A DNA stretch of 64,000 bases from an uncultured Coriobacteriaceae bacterium (GCA_944319885.1 CALUFC010000011.1:327-64326), one strand, 5' to 3'. Positions 10,510 through 20,271 are shown, counted from the first letter of the stretch. A program made the numbers and translations. The notes: a model not told the origin generated them from the sequence alone.

Positions 10510-12222
10510 ATGGGGATCACAGAGCACTTCCGGAGGTTTTTCGTGGCACTACTGCGTTCAGATGCATATCTCAGCCGACGGGGTCTCATGAGCGGCATGC
10601 TCGCATTGTGCTTTGCGGCTGCGCTCGGCGGTTGCTCGAGGGGATCCCAGGGCACCAGCGCGGGGGAGAACATCGAGGGCCTGCTTCGCGTGGCGATGGG
10701 GCGCCCCGCTCATCTTGATCCGGCCTATGCGCGCGAAGCATCGGAGCTCGCCGTTGTCGCGCAGGTCTTCGAGCCGCTGTGCAGCTATGACTATGTCCAC
10801 GATATGCTCGTGTGCCGCGCTGCCGAAAGCTTCGAGATCTCAGATGATGCTCGACAGCTTACCTTCCATCTGCGCGAGGCAACCTTTCATAATGGAGACG
10901 CGGTGCGCGCCGCCGATTTCAGGCGTGCATGGGAGCGCATGCTCAATCCTGAGAGCAACGCGGTTGCCATGCATGGGGAAGCGCCCTATGCATACCGTTT
11001 AGCGCTCATCGAGGGGTACGAGGAGCTGCGTTCCGGAACCGCCTCATCGCTCGCGGGCGTATCGTGCCCCGACGATCGGACATTGGTCGTGCGCCTTGCC
11101 CGCCCCTATGCCGACTACGCCTACGTTCTTGCGCATCCGGCGCTGGCTCCGGTACCGCATGATGCGGATGAAGATCCGGAAACCTTCGATACGTATCCGG
11201 TGGGCAATGGCCCCTATGCGCTCGAAGGTCCGTGGTCGCCCAAGCGAACGGTGCTGCCGCTCACGGCGTACGAAGACTACGGGGCGGGCGAATCTGCGAT
11301 CCCGCGTCTGCGGTTTCTCGCGTATGACGACATCGCCGAAGCCTATGCCGATTTCCTGTCGGGCTCGGTGGATGTTTGTGCCTGTCCCGTCGATGAAGTG
11401 GAGAATGCACAGCGCCTGGGTGTTGCGGAGGACGGGCTCACGATGGGCGAGGGCGAGCGCCTGCTGGTGGACACGCAGCTCAGCTGCAGCTATCTCGTAT
11501 GCAACCTGACTGCCCCGCCGTTTGACAACGCCGATGTTCGCCGCGCGCTGAGCATGGCGATCGATCGAGAGGCGCTCTGCCGGACGGTATACCGCGATCT
11601 TGCCCTTCCTGCCGACGATATCGTCGCGCCGCATGTTCGCGGGTATCGTGCGGGCGCCTGGGCCGATACCGCCTATGACGCGCAGCGCGCTGCGGATTTG
11701 GTGGGTGCGCTTTATCCCGATGAGGCGAGCAAGCCGCATATCACGTGTTCGTACTACTCAAATGGCGGTCACAAAGGAGCGCTCGAGTTTATTGCGAAGG
11801 CGTGCCAGTCGCTGGGCTTTGAGTTCGAACTTGAAGAGCTCGATTTCGATGAGCTGCACGGGCGTTTGGCGCAGGGCGCGTTCCAGCTTGCCCGCCTCGA
11901 TGCGATTGCCGATGCGCCCGTGATGGACAGCGTGATCTTCCCGCTGTTCTCGAGTTCCTGTGTGGGAAGCACCAACTACAGCGGCTATGCCAACCCTGAG
12001 GTCGATACGTTGCTCGAGCAGGCGCGCGGCACGATTAATGTGGCGGATCGCACGGCCATGCTGCAAGAGGCCGATGACTTGGTGGCGCGCGAACTCCCCG
12101 TCATTCCGCTCACCTATGCGCAGCGCGTGGTCGCGGGCTCCGATCGCATCGAGCGCCTCGTTGTCGATCCGCATGGTATCGCGCAGGTAGAGGGCGGTGC
12201 GCTGGTCGACGAGGACGCGTAG
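10510..12222 (+). CDS. Second family-5 substrate-binding lipoprotein (orphan, no cognate permease adjacent)
   Basis: 570-aa ORF with lipobox LGGC and family-5 SBP similarity to the 4343..6034 product. The start could alternatively be the ATG at 10588. Confidence 0.78.
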   Translation: MGITEHFRRFFVALLRSDAYLSRRGLMSGMLALCFAAALGGCSRGSQGTSAGENIEGLLRVAMGRPAHLDPAYAREASELAVVAQVFEPLCSYDYVHDMLVCRAAESFEISDDARQLTFHLREATFHNGDAVRAADFRRAWERMLNPESNAVAMHGEAPYAYRLALIEGYEELRSGTASSLAGVSCPDDRTLVVRLARPYADYAYVLAHPALAPVPHDADEDPETFDTYPVGNGPYALEGPWSPKRTVLPLTAYEDYGAGESAIPRLRFLAYDDIAEAYADFLSGSVDVCACPVDEVENAQRLGVAEDGLTMGEGERLLVDTQLSCSYLVCNLTAPPFDNADVRRALSMAIDREALCRTVYRDLALPADDIVAPHVRGYRAGAWADTAYDAQRAADLVGALYPDEASKPHITCSYYSNGGHKGALEFIAKACQSLGFEFELEELDFDELHGRLAQGAFQLARLDAIADAPVMDSVIFPLFSSSCVGSTNYSGYANPEVDTLLEQARGTINVADRTAMLQEADDLVARELPVIPLTYAQRVVAGSDRIERLVVDPHGIAQVEGGALVDEDA

Positions 12223-12323
12223 AAGCGTGCTGGCAAGGGAACCCTGTTCGGTGCATCGAAACTTTCTCAAATTTCTTCTTGCGCTCGGGTAGGGTCTTGG
12301 GTATTATTCTTCTTGCTGCTTTT

Positions 12324-12413
12324 GTCGGAGTGGCGGAATTGGCAGACGCGCTAGCTTGAGGTGCTAGTGTCCTAACCACGGACATGCGGGTTCAAGTCCC
12401 GCCTCCGACACCA
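12324..12413 (+). tRNA. tRNA-Leu (anticodon GAG), CCA encoded
   Basis: Folded by hand: acceptor GTCGGAG/CTCCGAC, anticodon arm CTAGC-TTGAGGT-GCTAG, long variable arm, T-arm GCGGG-TTCAAGT-CCCGC. Confidence 0.9.
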
Positions 12414-12423
12414 TCGCATCCTA

Positions 12424-12446
12424 GGAGCCTCTTCGGAGGCTTTTTT
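12424..12446 (+). terminator. Terminator after tRNA-Leu
   Basis: agcctc-ttcg-gaggct followed by a T6 run. Confidence 0.7.
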
Positions 12447-12505
12447 CATGTCGATATGGGGTATACGGAACAACGTGTGGATTGTTCAGATGCGAAGGGG
12501 AGGCC

Positions 12506-14887
12506 ATGGAAGCTGCGAGCCGCGAGGAGCTAACCGACGCCTCACGCCTCGTGGAGCTCACGAGCGATGCTGTGGCGATATGCGGGCTCGATGGCACCAT
12601 AGGTCATGTGAACCAACGCTTGTGCGAGCTTATGGGGCGCGAGCGTCGTGAGATCGTAGGGGCCGACATCAAGGATCTGCTCTTCAGCGCTGCGTTCGAG
12701 CGGGCGCTCGACCATGAACTTCCGTTTCCGCTCGACGGGTCCGCATCGTCGCTCATGCTCAAGCTCTCAGATGGCTCGTTTGTTCCCGTCGAGGCACGGG
12801 CCATCTCGCTCACGTCGCATCGTGACGAGTTGCTGCGCGGCATCTTGAAGCGCCTGCATGCACGCGGGCGCGTGCTCGTGGTCATCCGGAGCCTCGAGGA
12901 GCAGTACGCACATGATCGTCAGATGCGACGTGTGCTCTCGGAGCTCCAGGCGGCAAATAAGCGCCTTTCGGGCACACTCTCGGTCATTATGGCAACGGTG
13001 GGTGCGAAAGACCTTCCCGAGCTTCTCAATTCCGTGCTCAACAAACTGGTGGACGCGCTCGATGCTGGCGGCAGCACGATCTACTTTTCCGAAAACGGCG
13101 GTTTCAAGCTCCGCGGCGTTTCGGAGAGCCTGCTGCACGACTACGTGCCCGAGTTCATTCCGCTCGGTGCGGGCGTTCCCACCTACGTGCTGCGCGAGGC
13201 ACGGCCGTGCCGGCTTTCGGTGACGATGCCGGGGGAAGATGCCGCCGCGGCATCGGGCAGGTTCTACGATATGGATCGTCGTCGCTCCCGCCCGGTGCGC
13301 GCCCACGAGATGCCGCCGTTCAAGACGCTCATCGCCGTGCCGGTGTTCTTTGGAACGCAGGTGCTCGGCGTCATCGAGGTGGGATGGAAGCGTCCCACCA
13401 TGCCGCGTCGCTTCGATGTGAACGTGATCGAGGTGGTGTGCGACTACCTCTCGATCGAGCTCGTGAGCCTCGTGTCTGCACTTCGCTCGCGTCGCGCGGC
13501 GGAGCTCAACCGCTCGCTCAACCATATGCGCGACACGATTTACGCGTTTGGAGACGATCGCAACACGGCATGGGCTGAGCTCACGCAGGAGGTGCGTCGC
13601 GTGCTGCGGTGCCACGTGTGCCCTGTGGCATACGATCGCGAACTGGGATGCTATGTGGTCGATTTCGAGGGCGGGAGCCAGGTTCCCTTGCCCGGCGATG
13701 TCGAGCGGCTGTTTTTCTCGGCTACCGCGCCGGCGGCGCGGCTCAACCCCGCCATGGAGGACTTCTTCGCCCAGCAGTCCGATATTGGCAGGTTGGAAGA
13801 GAACAGCCTGCGGTTTATTCGGCTCACGCGCGTCGATCAGCTCTCGCGCGCTGGCGAGTGGCTGCTTGCCCACGGTTTGCCCAACCAAGGCGTGTACTTC
13901 GATCTTTCATCTGGCGAAGGCGAGGAGGCGACGGCATCGGCATCAGATGCCGCGATCGTACCTGCCGGTCCGGCTGCAGCGGGGCCGCCGCAGAAGTTTC
14001 TGCTGCTGCGCGACAGCACGCAAGAGCCCATCGATGACATCGAATATGACTATCTGGTGCGCCTCGCACACGATTTCGAGCTGGTAACGCGCACGGCGCA
14101 GCGCAGCACCGAGGACCGCCGCATTGCTCAGACGCTGCAGATCGGCATGCGCAGCTCGCTCGAGCAGGTGCCCGGCATCACCTCGGACGCCCTCTATTCA
14201 TCGGCGACCCGCCAGGCGCTCGTGGGCGGTGATTTCTATACGCTCATGCGCTTGCCGGATGATCAGGCGGTCATGATCTTGGGCGACGTTTCCGGTAAGG
14301 GCATCGAGGCGGCGTCGATGTCGGCGCTCGTGAAGACGGCGCTTACGGCATATGCGTGGGAGGGCGCGAGCCCAGTGCATATGGTGCGCTCGCTCAACAG
14401 CATGCTTATGAGCTTCTCGCGCGTCGAGACGTTTGTCACCATGTTCGTGGCCAAGATCGATCTTAAAAGCGGGGAGGCCGCCTATTGCTCGGCGGGGCAC
14501 CCGCCGTCGCTGCTCGTGCATCATGCATCTGTTGCAGATGGCGGCGAGCATGCTGGGTACGAGATCGAATCGCTCAGCACGCAGTCGGGCGTGGTGGGTG
14601 CATTCGAGAGCATGCGCTTCGAGGGCGGCAGCTTCCGCTTTGCCGCCGGTGATGTGCTATTCATGTATACCGACGGCGCCATCGAGGCGCGTAGCCGCGA
14701 TGGCGAGTTCTTTGGCGAGCGCCGCCTGCGCGATCTGCTGCTCAACACCGCCGGTATGGACGTTCACGGTCTTTGCCAGCGCGTGCTTGGCGAGCTCGAT
14801 GATTTTACCGAATCGTCGCTCGAAGATGACATCGCGCTCGTTGCGCTGCGGTTCGATATCCCGAGGGCGGGTGATCATCGTGCGTGA
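12506..14887 (+). CDS. Sensor serine phosphatase with PAS + GAF-like + PP2C/SpoIIE domains (RsbU-like)
   Basis: The ATG at 12506 follows ggggagg. The N-terminal region is PAS-like and the centre is a GAF-like region. The C-terminal SpoIIE motifs are GGDFY, LGDVSGKGIEAA, CSAGHPP and LFMYTDG. Confidence 0.83.
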   Translation: MEAASREELTDASRLVELTSDAVAICGLDGTIGHVNQRLCELMGRERREIVGADIKDLLFSAAFERALDHELPFPLDGSASSLMLKLSDGSFVPVEARAISLTSHRDELLRGILKRLHARGRVLVVIRSLEEQYAHDRQMRRVLSELQAANKRLSGTLSVIMATVGAKDLPELLNSVLNKLVDALDAGGSTIYFSENGGFKLRGVSESLLHDYVPEFIPLGAGVPTYVLREARPCRLSVTMPGEDAAAASGRFYDMDRRRSRPVRAHEMPPFKTLIAVPVFFGTQVLGVIEVGWKRPTMPRRFDVNVIEVVCDYLSIELVSLVSALRSRRAAELNRSLNHMRDTIYAFGDDRNTAWAELTQEVRRVLRCHVCPVAYDRELGCYVVDFEGGSQVPLPGDVERLFFSATAPAARLNPAMEDFFAQQSDIGRLEENSLRFIRLTRVDQLSRAGEWLLAHGLPNQGVYFDLSSGEGEEATASASDAAIVPAGPAAAGPPQKFLLLRDSTQEPIDDIEYDYLVRLAHDFELVTRTAQRSTEDRRIAQTLQIGMRSSLEQVPGITSDALYSSATRQALVGGDFYTLMRLPDDQAVMILGDVSGKGIEAASMSALVKTALTAYAWEGASPVHMVRSLNSMLMSFSRVETFVTMFVAKIDLKSGEAAYCSAGHPPSLLVHHASVADGGEHAGYEIESLSTQSGVVGAFESMRFEGGSFRFAAGDVLFMYTDGAIEARSRDGEFFGERRLRDLLLNTAGMDVHGLCQRVLGELDDFTESSLEDDIALVALRFDIPRAGDHRA

Positions 14888-15602
14888 GTGGAACGACATC
14901 GCCGTCCTTGCGCCGTCGAGCGATATCGATATCGCGACGGTGCCTGCGCTGCGCGAGCAGGTCGACGATCTCATTGCGCGCGGTGTCAGGCGCATCATCA
15001 TCAATTGCCAAGGCGTTGGGTTCATCGATTCCACCGGGTTAGCGTTCTTATTGTCGCGAGCGCGCCGCCTCATGCAGGTCGAGGGTCTGCTGTCGCTGGT
15101 CAACGTGTCTGCAGCGGTTGGGCGCTTCCTGCAGATCGCTCAGCTCATCGATGTGCTTCATGTGAGCGCGGCGGATAAGCCGCCCGTTCCCATGCTCTCG
15201 CCCAACGAGGTGCCCCTGTGGAGCAAAAGCATCCCCATCCTTGCGGGTATCGAGCACCTTGCCCAGTATCGACATCGGGTGGTCGAGCTCATATCGGCGT
15301 TACCGCTTTCGAGCGATGCCGTGTTCGACATGGCGCTTGCGGCGGGGGAGGCACTCGGCAACGCATACGATCACGCCGGTGGTACGGGATGCATGATGAG
15401 CGTGCGTGCCTATCGCGATCGCGTGGTGATCGAGGTGAGCGATTCGGGTGCGGGATTCGAGATCGCCGATGACGAAACGCCGGAGGCGACCGAAGAGCGC
15501 GGCCGCGGCATCAAGCTCATGCGGATGCTCGTGGATAGCGCCGAGGTGAAGCGTCGTAAGGACGCGCAGGGCACGATCGTTCGATTGGTGAAGCTGATCT
15601 AA
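14871..15602 (+). CDS. STAS (anti-sigma antagonist) domain fused to an RsbW/SpoIIAB-type HATPase serine kinase domain
   Basis: GTG at 14871 or 14880 overlaps the stop of the upstream gene. STAS motif GVGFIDSTGLAFLL. Kinase N-box EALGNAYDH, G1 DSGAGF, G2 GRGIKLM. Confidence 0.78.
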   Translation: MIIVREWNDIAVLAPSSDIDIATVPALREQVDDLIARGVRRIIINCQGVGFIDSTGLAFLLSRARRLMQVEGLLSLVNVSAAVGRFLQIAQLIDVLHVSAADKPPVPMLSPNEVPLWSKSIPILAGIEHLAQYRHRVVELISALPLSSDAVFDMALAAGEALGNAYDHAGGTGCMMSVRAYRDRVVIEVSDSGAGFEIADDETPEATEERGRGIKLMRMLVDSAEVKRRKDAQGTIVRLVKLI

Positions 15603-15608
15603 CAAAAC

Positions 15609-15626
15609 GGGCGCCCGCAGGCGCCC
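15609..15626. terminator. GC hairpin between the STAS-kinase gene and tRNA-Cys
   Basis: gggcgcc-cgca-ggcgccc. Confidence 0.45.
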
Positions 15627-15637
15627 GATCGATGCAA

Positions 15638-15711
15638 TGGAGGCGACGCCCAGATTCGAACTGGGGGTAAAGGCTTTGCAGGCCTCTGCCTTACCACTTG
15701 GCCACGTCGCC
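15638..15711 (-). tRNA. tRNA-Cys (anticodon GCA), CCA encoded
   Basis: The reverse complement GGCGACGTGGCCAAGTGGTAAGGCAGAGGCCTGCAAAGCC...GGGCGTCGCCTCCA folds as a cloverleaf. Confidence 0.9.
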
Positions 15712-15753
15712 GATGAAAAAGGCCGAATTATAAATCCGGCCCTTGACATGCGA

Positions 15754-15829
15754 TGGAGCGGACAACGGGGCTCGAACCCGCGACCCCAACCTTGGCAAGG
15801 TTGTGCTCTACCAACTGAGCCATGTCCGC
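15754..15829 (-). tRNA. tRNA-Gly (anticodon GCC), CCA encoded
   Basis: The reverse complement GCGGACATGGCTCAGTTGGTAGAGCACAACCTTGCCAAGGTTG...GTTGTCCGCTCCA folds as a cloverleaf. Confidence 0.9.
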
Positions 15830-15968
15830 TTGCAGGCAAATAATATACGCGAGTTTTGGGCGGTGTGCAAGCATTGTTTTGAAAAAATTTGACGGGGTAA
15901 AATGTGTCAAACGCATCGATGCCAAAAATGCCGTATTGAGCTGCTCTTTTAATAGGTAGAGGATTCTC

Positions 15969-16883
15969 GTGCTTATTGTATCGCTATTCATATTGATCTC
16001 ATTTTTGCTTGTGCGCGCTCTCATTGGGGCCGTGCAGCGCTATCTCGAGAGCAGGGCGCGGGGAGCCGCATTCAAGCGCATGATCAAACAGGGGCGTATC
16101 GACGCAGGCGTCTACGACCAAGCGCGGTGGGGTGGCGCGAGCGGCACGTCTGAGAGGCGTTGGCTTTCTCGAGAGCAGCGCGCTGCCATTGCCCGGGCCC
16201 GCCTTGAGATGCGCGAAGACTTTCTGAGCGACAACGATCCGGGGTTCTATCAGTACGTCATCCTGTTTCTCGTCGCGTCGGTGCTGGGCCTGGTGATTGA
16301 AACCGCCTACACGTTTGTCATGTTCGGCGTGTTCGAGAGCAGGGTGGGGCTGGTTTGGGGTCCTTTTTCGCCGCTGTACGGTGTGGGTGCGGTGCTGCTC
16401 ACCATGGTGCTCTGGCCGCTGCGCAAAGAGCCGGCATGGAAGCTCTTTTTGCTCTCGGCGGTGCTTGGAGGTTCGCTCGAGCAGTTTGCCGGCTGGAGCT
16501 TGGAGCATTTTGCGCATGCGCAGTCGTGGACGTATCTAGGCTTGCCCGACCATATCACGCAATGGGTCGCGTGGCGCTTTCTCGTGGCGTGGGGGCTTCT
16601 CGGCGTCATCTGGTGCCGCGCCATCATGCCCGAGGCGATTTTTCGTATTGGCGAGCCCACCACGCGCCGTCAGATGGTCGTGGTATCGCTGCTTACAGTC
16701 TTCCTCGCGCTCGATATCGTGATGACGGTGGCGTGCTTTTGGCGGGCGGGACAGCGCCTCGAGGGCGTTCCGCCGCAGAATGCGCTCGAGCGCTATGTCG
16801 ACAATCATTTCGACGATGCATTCATGCGTGAGACGTTCGAGAACATGCGCGTGGGGGAGGATCTGGAGCCTGCCGATCGATAG
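15969..16883 (+). CDS. Multi-pass membrane protein (putative ABC-transporter type IV / CmpB-like family)
   Basis: GTG start after gtagagga. Several TM helices with a conserved-looking core, LVIETAYTF...GLVWGPFSPLYGVGAVLL. The family name is from recollection. Confidence 0.6.
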   Translation: MLIVSLFILISFLLVRALIGAVQRYLESRARGAAFKRMIKQGRIDAGVYDQARWGGASGTSERRWLSREQRAAIARARLEMREDFLSDNDPGFYQYVILFLVASVLGLVIETAYTFVMFGVFESRVGLVWGPFSPLYGVGAVLLTMVLWPLRKEPAWKLFLLSAVLGGSLEQFAGWSLEHFAHAQSWTYLGLPDHITQWVAWRFLVAWGLLGVIWCRAIMPEAIFRIGEPTTRRQMVVVSLLTVFLALDIVMTVACFWRAGQRLEGVPPQNALERYVDNHFDDAFMRETFENMRVGEDLEPADR

Positions 16884-17011
16884 GCGCCTTGGGTTTGAGC
16901 CGTCCGCGATTTCCGGAAGGTCGGTTGGCGGAAAATCGTTCGATTTTTTGCTTTACAGAAGCGGCTCGGTTCGGTATATTATCCCTTGCGCTTGCGAGCG
17001 CGTACATATTC

Positions 17012-17086
17012 GGGCGTTTAGCTCAGGGGGAGAGCGCTTCCCTGACACGGAAGAGGTCACAAGTTCAAATCTTGTAACGCCCACCA
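17012..17086 (+). tRNA. tRNA-Val (anticodon GAC), CCA encoded
   Basis: GGGCGTTTAGCTCAGGGGGAGAGCGCTTCCCTGACACGGAAG...AACGCCCACCA, cloverleaf folded by hand. Confidence 0.9.
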
Positions 17087-17686
17087 CAAAATACGAGGTC
17101 AACGGCTTAGGCGGTTGGCCTTTTTTCTTTGGTGAGCAAAACCTACCTAAACCTTGCTCAGGCGCGTGATTGCCCCGGCCGACGTCCATGGCCTCTTATA
17201 CAGCGGGACGAGGCGCGCCGTTGCCGCGCGCGGTTAGAGCGCGAGGCAAAAATGCACGCATTCAATGGTTTATCCCTGACCTCTAAAGTAGACCGTGAAA
17301 AACGCCACATGCGTCAAGCTAACTACCTGCATTGGTGCAAATCGCCTCTTTTAGCTATTTGGAAGGTGAGTGTCAAACCATTGAATGCCTGAAAAAAACG
17401 ATATCTGCTTCTGGTCTAAAGGAGGTATTCGCCCAAGAAACGTTGGGACGGATGCGGCACGAGGCGTATCCGCAAGTGCATAACGGCCAAGTGGGCATGC
17501 CTCGACGGGCATCTTGGCGGGCGGTTTTGACCCACGTTTGTTTTAGCTGTGCGCGCACAGAATACGGTCGTGTTTTCTCGATCGACAGCGTCGTTTTCGG
17601 GGCAGCGTGATAGCCTTAATTCGTCGTTGATGGATTCGATGGGAATGTTGCAGGAGTACAGGAAAGGGAATGCGGGTGGTGAGGTT

Positions 17687-18358
17687 ATGATCCAGGGCAA
17701 ACGGTTGCGGGGCTATGCTCAAGTCAATGGGAACATCGGCTGCCACATGGGCGCAGATGAGCTGACATCCGCCCTTTTCCGCGGCGGACCGGCAATCACC
17801 ATGACCGGGTTCCACGGGTTGGAGCTCGCGGATCTCGATGCTCGCGACGCAACGTTCAACCAGGTTGTCTTTCGCGATTGCACCTTCGATGGCGTCGACT
17901 TTTCACGCAGCGGCTTTACCGATGTCGTATTCGAAGGGTGCCGATTCCTCTCATGCATCATGGAGGCCTGCTGGCTCAATCGCGTCGATTTCCGTTCGTG
18001 CTCGGCACCAGGCATCTCGTTTGCCAAAGGGCGCTTCACCGGCGTGGCGATGGAGGACGCGCAGCTTCGGTATGCGAACTTCTCCGAGGTGAATATCAAG
18101 GGTCTGCGCATGCGCTCATGTTCGCTTGCTGAGAGCGCTTGGCGTGCCACCCGCTTGTCAGGTGTCGCGCTCGACCGATGCGACCTCTCCCGTGCCGAAG
18201 TCGCGCGCACGTCGCTGACGGGCATCGACCTTTCCTCGTGCGACATCGCGGGAATCGTTGTCTCGAGCGACTTTCGCGAGCTGCGCGGTTGCATCATCGC
18301 GCCGGAACAGGCGGCCGAACTCATCGGGTTGCTCGGCGTGCGCATCCGCGAGGACTAG
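17687..18358 (+). CDS. Pentapeptide-repeat protein
   Basis: The ATG at 17687 follows ggtggtgagg. Tandem A(D/N)LXX-type pentapeptide repeats run throughout (ADLDARDATFNQVVFRDCTFDGVDFSRSGF...). Confidence 0.75.
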   Translation: MIQGKRLRGYAQVNGNIGCHMGADELTSALFRGGPAITMTGFHGLELADLDARDATFNQVVFRDCTFDGVDFSRSGFTDVVFEGCRFLSCIMEACWLNRVDFRSCSAPGISFAKGRFTGVAMEDAQLRYANFSEVNIKGLRMRSCSLAESAWRATRLSGVALDRCDLSRAEVARTSLTGIDLSSCDIAGIVVSSDFRELRGCIIAPEQAAELIGLLGVRIRED

Positions 18359-18367
18359 GGGGGCGAC

Positions 18368-19204
18368 GTGAAGGTATCCGTGCTTCTGGAAAATGCAACG
18401 CCGTCGAGTCGATTCATCGCCCGCCACGGTCTGAGCCTTTTGCTTGATACAGATGCTGGCGAGCGCATCCTGTTTGACATGGGGCCCGACGCAAGCTTCT
18501 TGCAGAATGCCGCAACGCTCGGCATCGATATGGCCAGCGTCGACGTGGCGGTCATCTCCCACGGCCATGCCGATCATGGCGGCGGGCTCGGGGCGTTTCT
18601 AGAGGCGACGGACGATGCGGCACATCCCGCGCCGGTCTTTGTTCGCCAGGGAGCCTTTGCACATCATTTCTCGGGTACGAAGCGCCGGTATCGCGAGATT
18701 AGCTTGGATGCAGCGTACGCTGAAAGCGAGCGCGTGGTCGAGACGGGGCAACAATACATGATCGCGCCCGGCATCATGCTCTTCTCCGATGTCGAACGGC
18801 GCTATCCAGAGCCTGCTTCCAATGCTTGCCTGTTCGAGCTGGCAAATGGTTTACTGGTACCAGACGGTTTTGCCCACGAGCAAAGCCTGCTTATCATTGG
18901 GGGAGCGCGCAGCATACTGGTCTCCGGGTGCTCGCATGCGGGGATTCTCAATATCATCGAGCGTGCGGAGGAGCTTGCGGGCGGCCCGCTCGATGTGGTG
19001 ATTGCGGGATTTCATCTCATGAGCCCGAGCTCCGGAGTGGGTGAGGAGAACGAGGCGGTACGCCGCCTTGCCCGACAGCTTGCAGAAAAGCCAACGCAGT
19101 ACTACACGTTCCATTGCACGGGTGCGGATGCGTTTGGCATCTTACGCGATGAGCTGGGTGAGCGCGTGCGCTATCTTGCGACCGGCAGCGTCATCACGAT
19201 CTAG
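18368..19204 (+). CDS. MBL-fold metallo-hydrolase
   Basis: HxHxDH motif (ISHGHADHGGG). GTG start after gggggg. Confidence 0.75.
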   Translation: MKVSVLLENATPSSRFIARHGLSLLLDTDAGERILFDMGPDASFLQNAATLGIDMASVDVAVISHGHADHGGGLGAFLEATDDAAHPAPVFVRQGAFAHHFSGTKRRYREISLDAAYAESERVVETGQQYMIAPGIMLFSDVERRYPEPASNACLFELANGLLVPDGFAHEQSLLIIGGARSILVSGCSHAGILNIIERAEELAGGPLDVVIAGFHLMSPSSGVGEENEAVRRLARQLAEKPTQYYTFHCTGADAFGILRDELGERVRYLATGSVITI

Positions 19205-19222
19205 CGTTATCGCACATTTCTA

Positions 19223-20209
19223 CTAGCCCACAATCTCGTTGGATGCGCGCTCACCGCGCGAGAACGCGAGCAGCGCTTCGCAGGTGCTGCGCACCATATT
19301 CTCGACATCGCGCGCAGTGTAGAAGGCCATATGGGGTGAGACGATGACGTTGGGAAGCGCGTCGAGCACCGCGCGGTCGCGATGCGGCAGGATATCGCGC
19401 GACTTGTCGAGGTAGTAGAGCCCGGCTTCGTCTTCGATCGTGTCGAGCGCCGCGCCGCCCAGATGGCCCGACTCGAGCGCATCGATGAGCGCGACGGTGT
19501 CGACGAGCATACCGCGGGCCGCGTTGACGAGGATGGCCCCTTCGGGCATGAGCGCGAGCTCCCTCTCGCCGATTATGTGGCGGTTCTCGGGCAGGCCGGG
19601 GGCGTGCAGCGTTACCACATCGGATGCGGTGAGCAGCGTCTCAAGGCTGGTGTAACGGGCGTGCTCGCGCACCTCCGTTCGCTCGTGGGGATCGTAGGCG
19701 AGGATACGGCAGCCAAAGCCCGAGAGATAGCGCACCACGCAGCTACCGATGGCACCGGTACCAACCACGCCCACAGTGCATGATGAGAGATCGCGTCCGA
19801 TCTTGCCGGCAAGTGAGAAGTCCTGCACGGCAGCTTGCTTGAAGACGAACTTCGCCCGACGCAGCGCCATCAGGATGAGCATGATGGTGTAGTCTGCCAC
19901 GCCTTCGGGCGGGTAGACGGCGTGGGCGAGCCGCATGCCGAGGGAGCGCGCGTGTGCCACGTCGATATGATCGTAGCCAATTGAGCGCGTTGCGATCGCG
20001 CGGATGCCCAGCTCATGATAGGCATCGAGCAGCTCAGGCGTCATGGGATTGGTGATGATGCTGAGCGCGTCTGCCCCATGTGCTACGTGGGCATTTTCGA
20101 GCGTGGGGTACTCGTCGGTCCAGTCGTATGAGAAGCCGAGCCGTTGGCTCATCGCATCGAGATAGGGCAGCTCGTCATAGGGGCGCAGCGCGAACGCAAA
20201 GATCTTCAT
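19223..20209 (-). CDS. D-isomer-specific 2-hydroxyacid dehydrogenase (D-lactate dehydrogenase-like)
   Basis: Inner ATG at 20209 (MKIFAF...). NAD-binding motif GVVGTGAIG and catalytic-region motifs of the D-2-HADH family. Confidence 0.85.
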   Translation of the reverse strand: MKIFAFALRPYDELPYLDAMSQRLGFSYDWTDEYPTLENAHVAHGADALSIITNPMTPELLDAYHELGIRAIATRSIGYDHIDVAHARSLGMRLAHAVYPPEGVADYTIMLILMALRRAKFVFKQAAVQDFSLAGKIGRDLSSCTVGVVGTGAIGSCVVRYLSGFGCRILAYDPHERTEVREHARYTSLETLLTASDVVTLHAPGLPENRHIIGERELALMPEGAILVNAARGMLVDTVALIDALESGHLGGAALDTIEDEAGLYYLDKSRDILPHRDRAVLDALPNVIVSPHMAFYTARDVENMVRSTCEALLAFSRGERASNEIVG

Positions 20210-20271
20210 AGGTGAGGCACTGGTCCTCTCACGTCGATGGGTTTTGAGGTTTCGCCATGATAACAGGCAAG

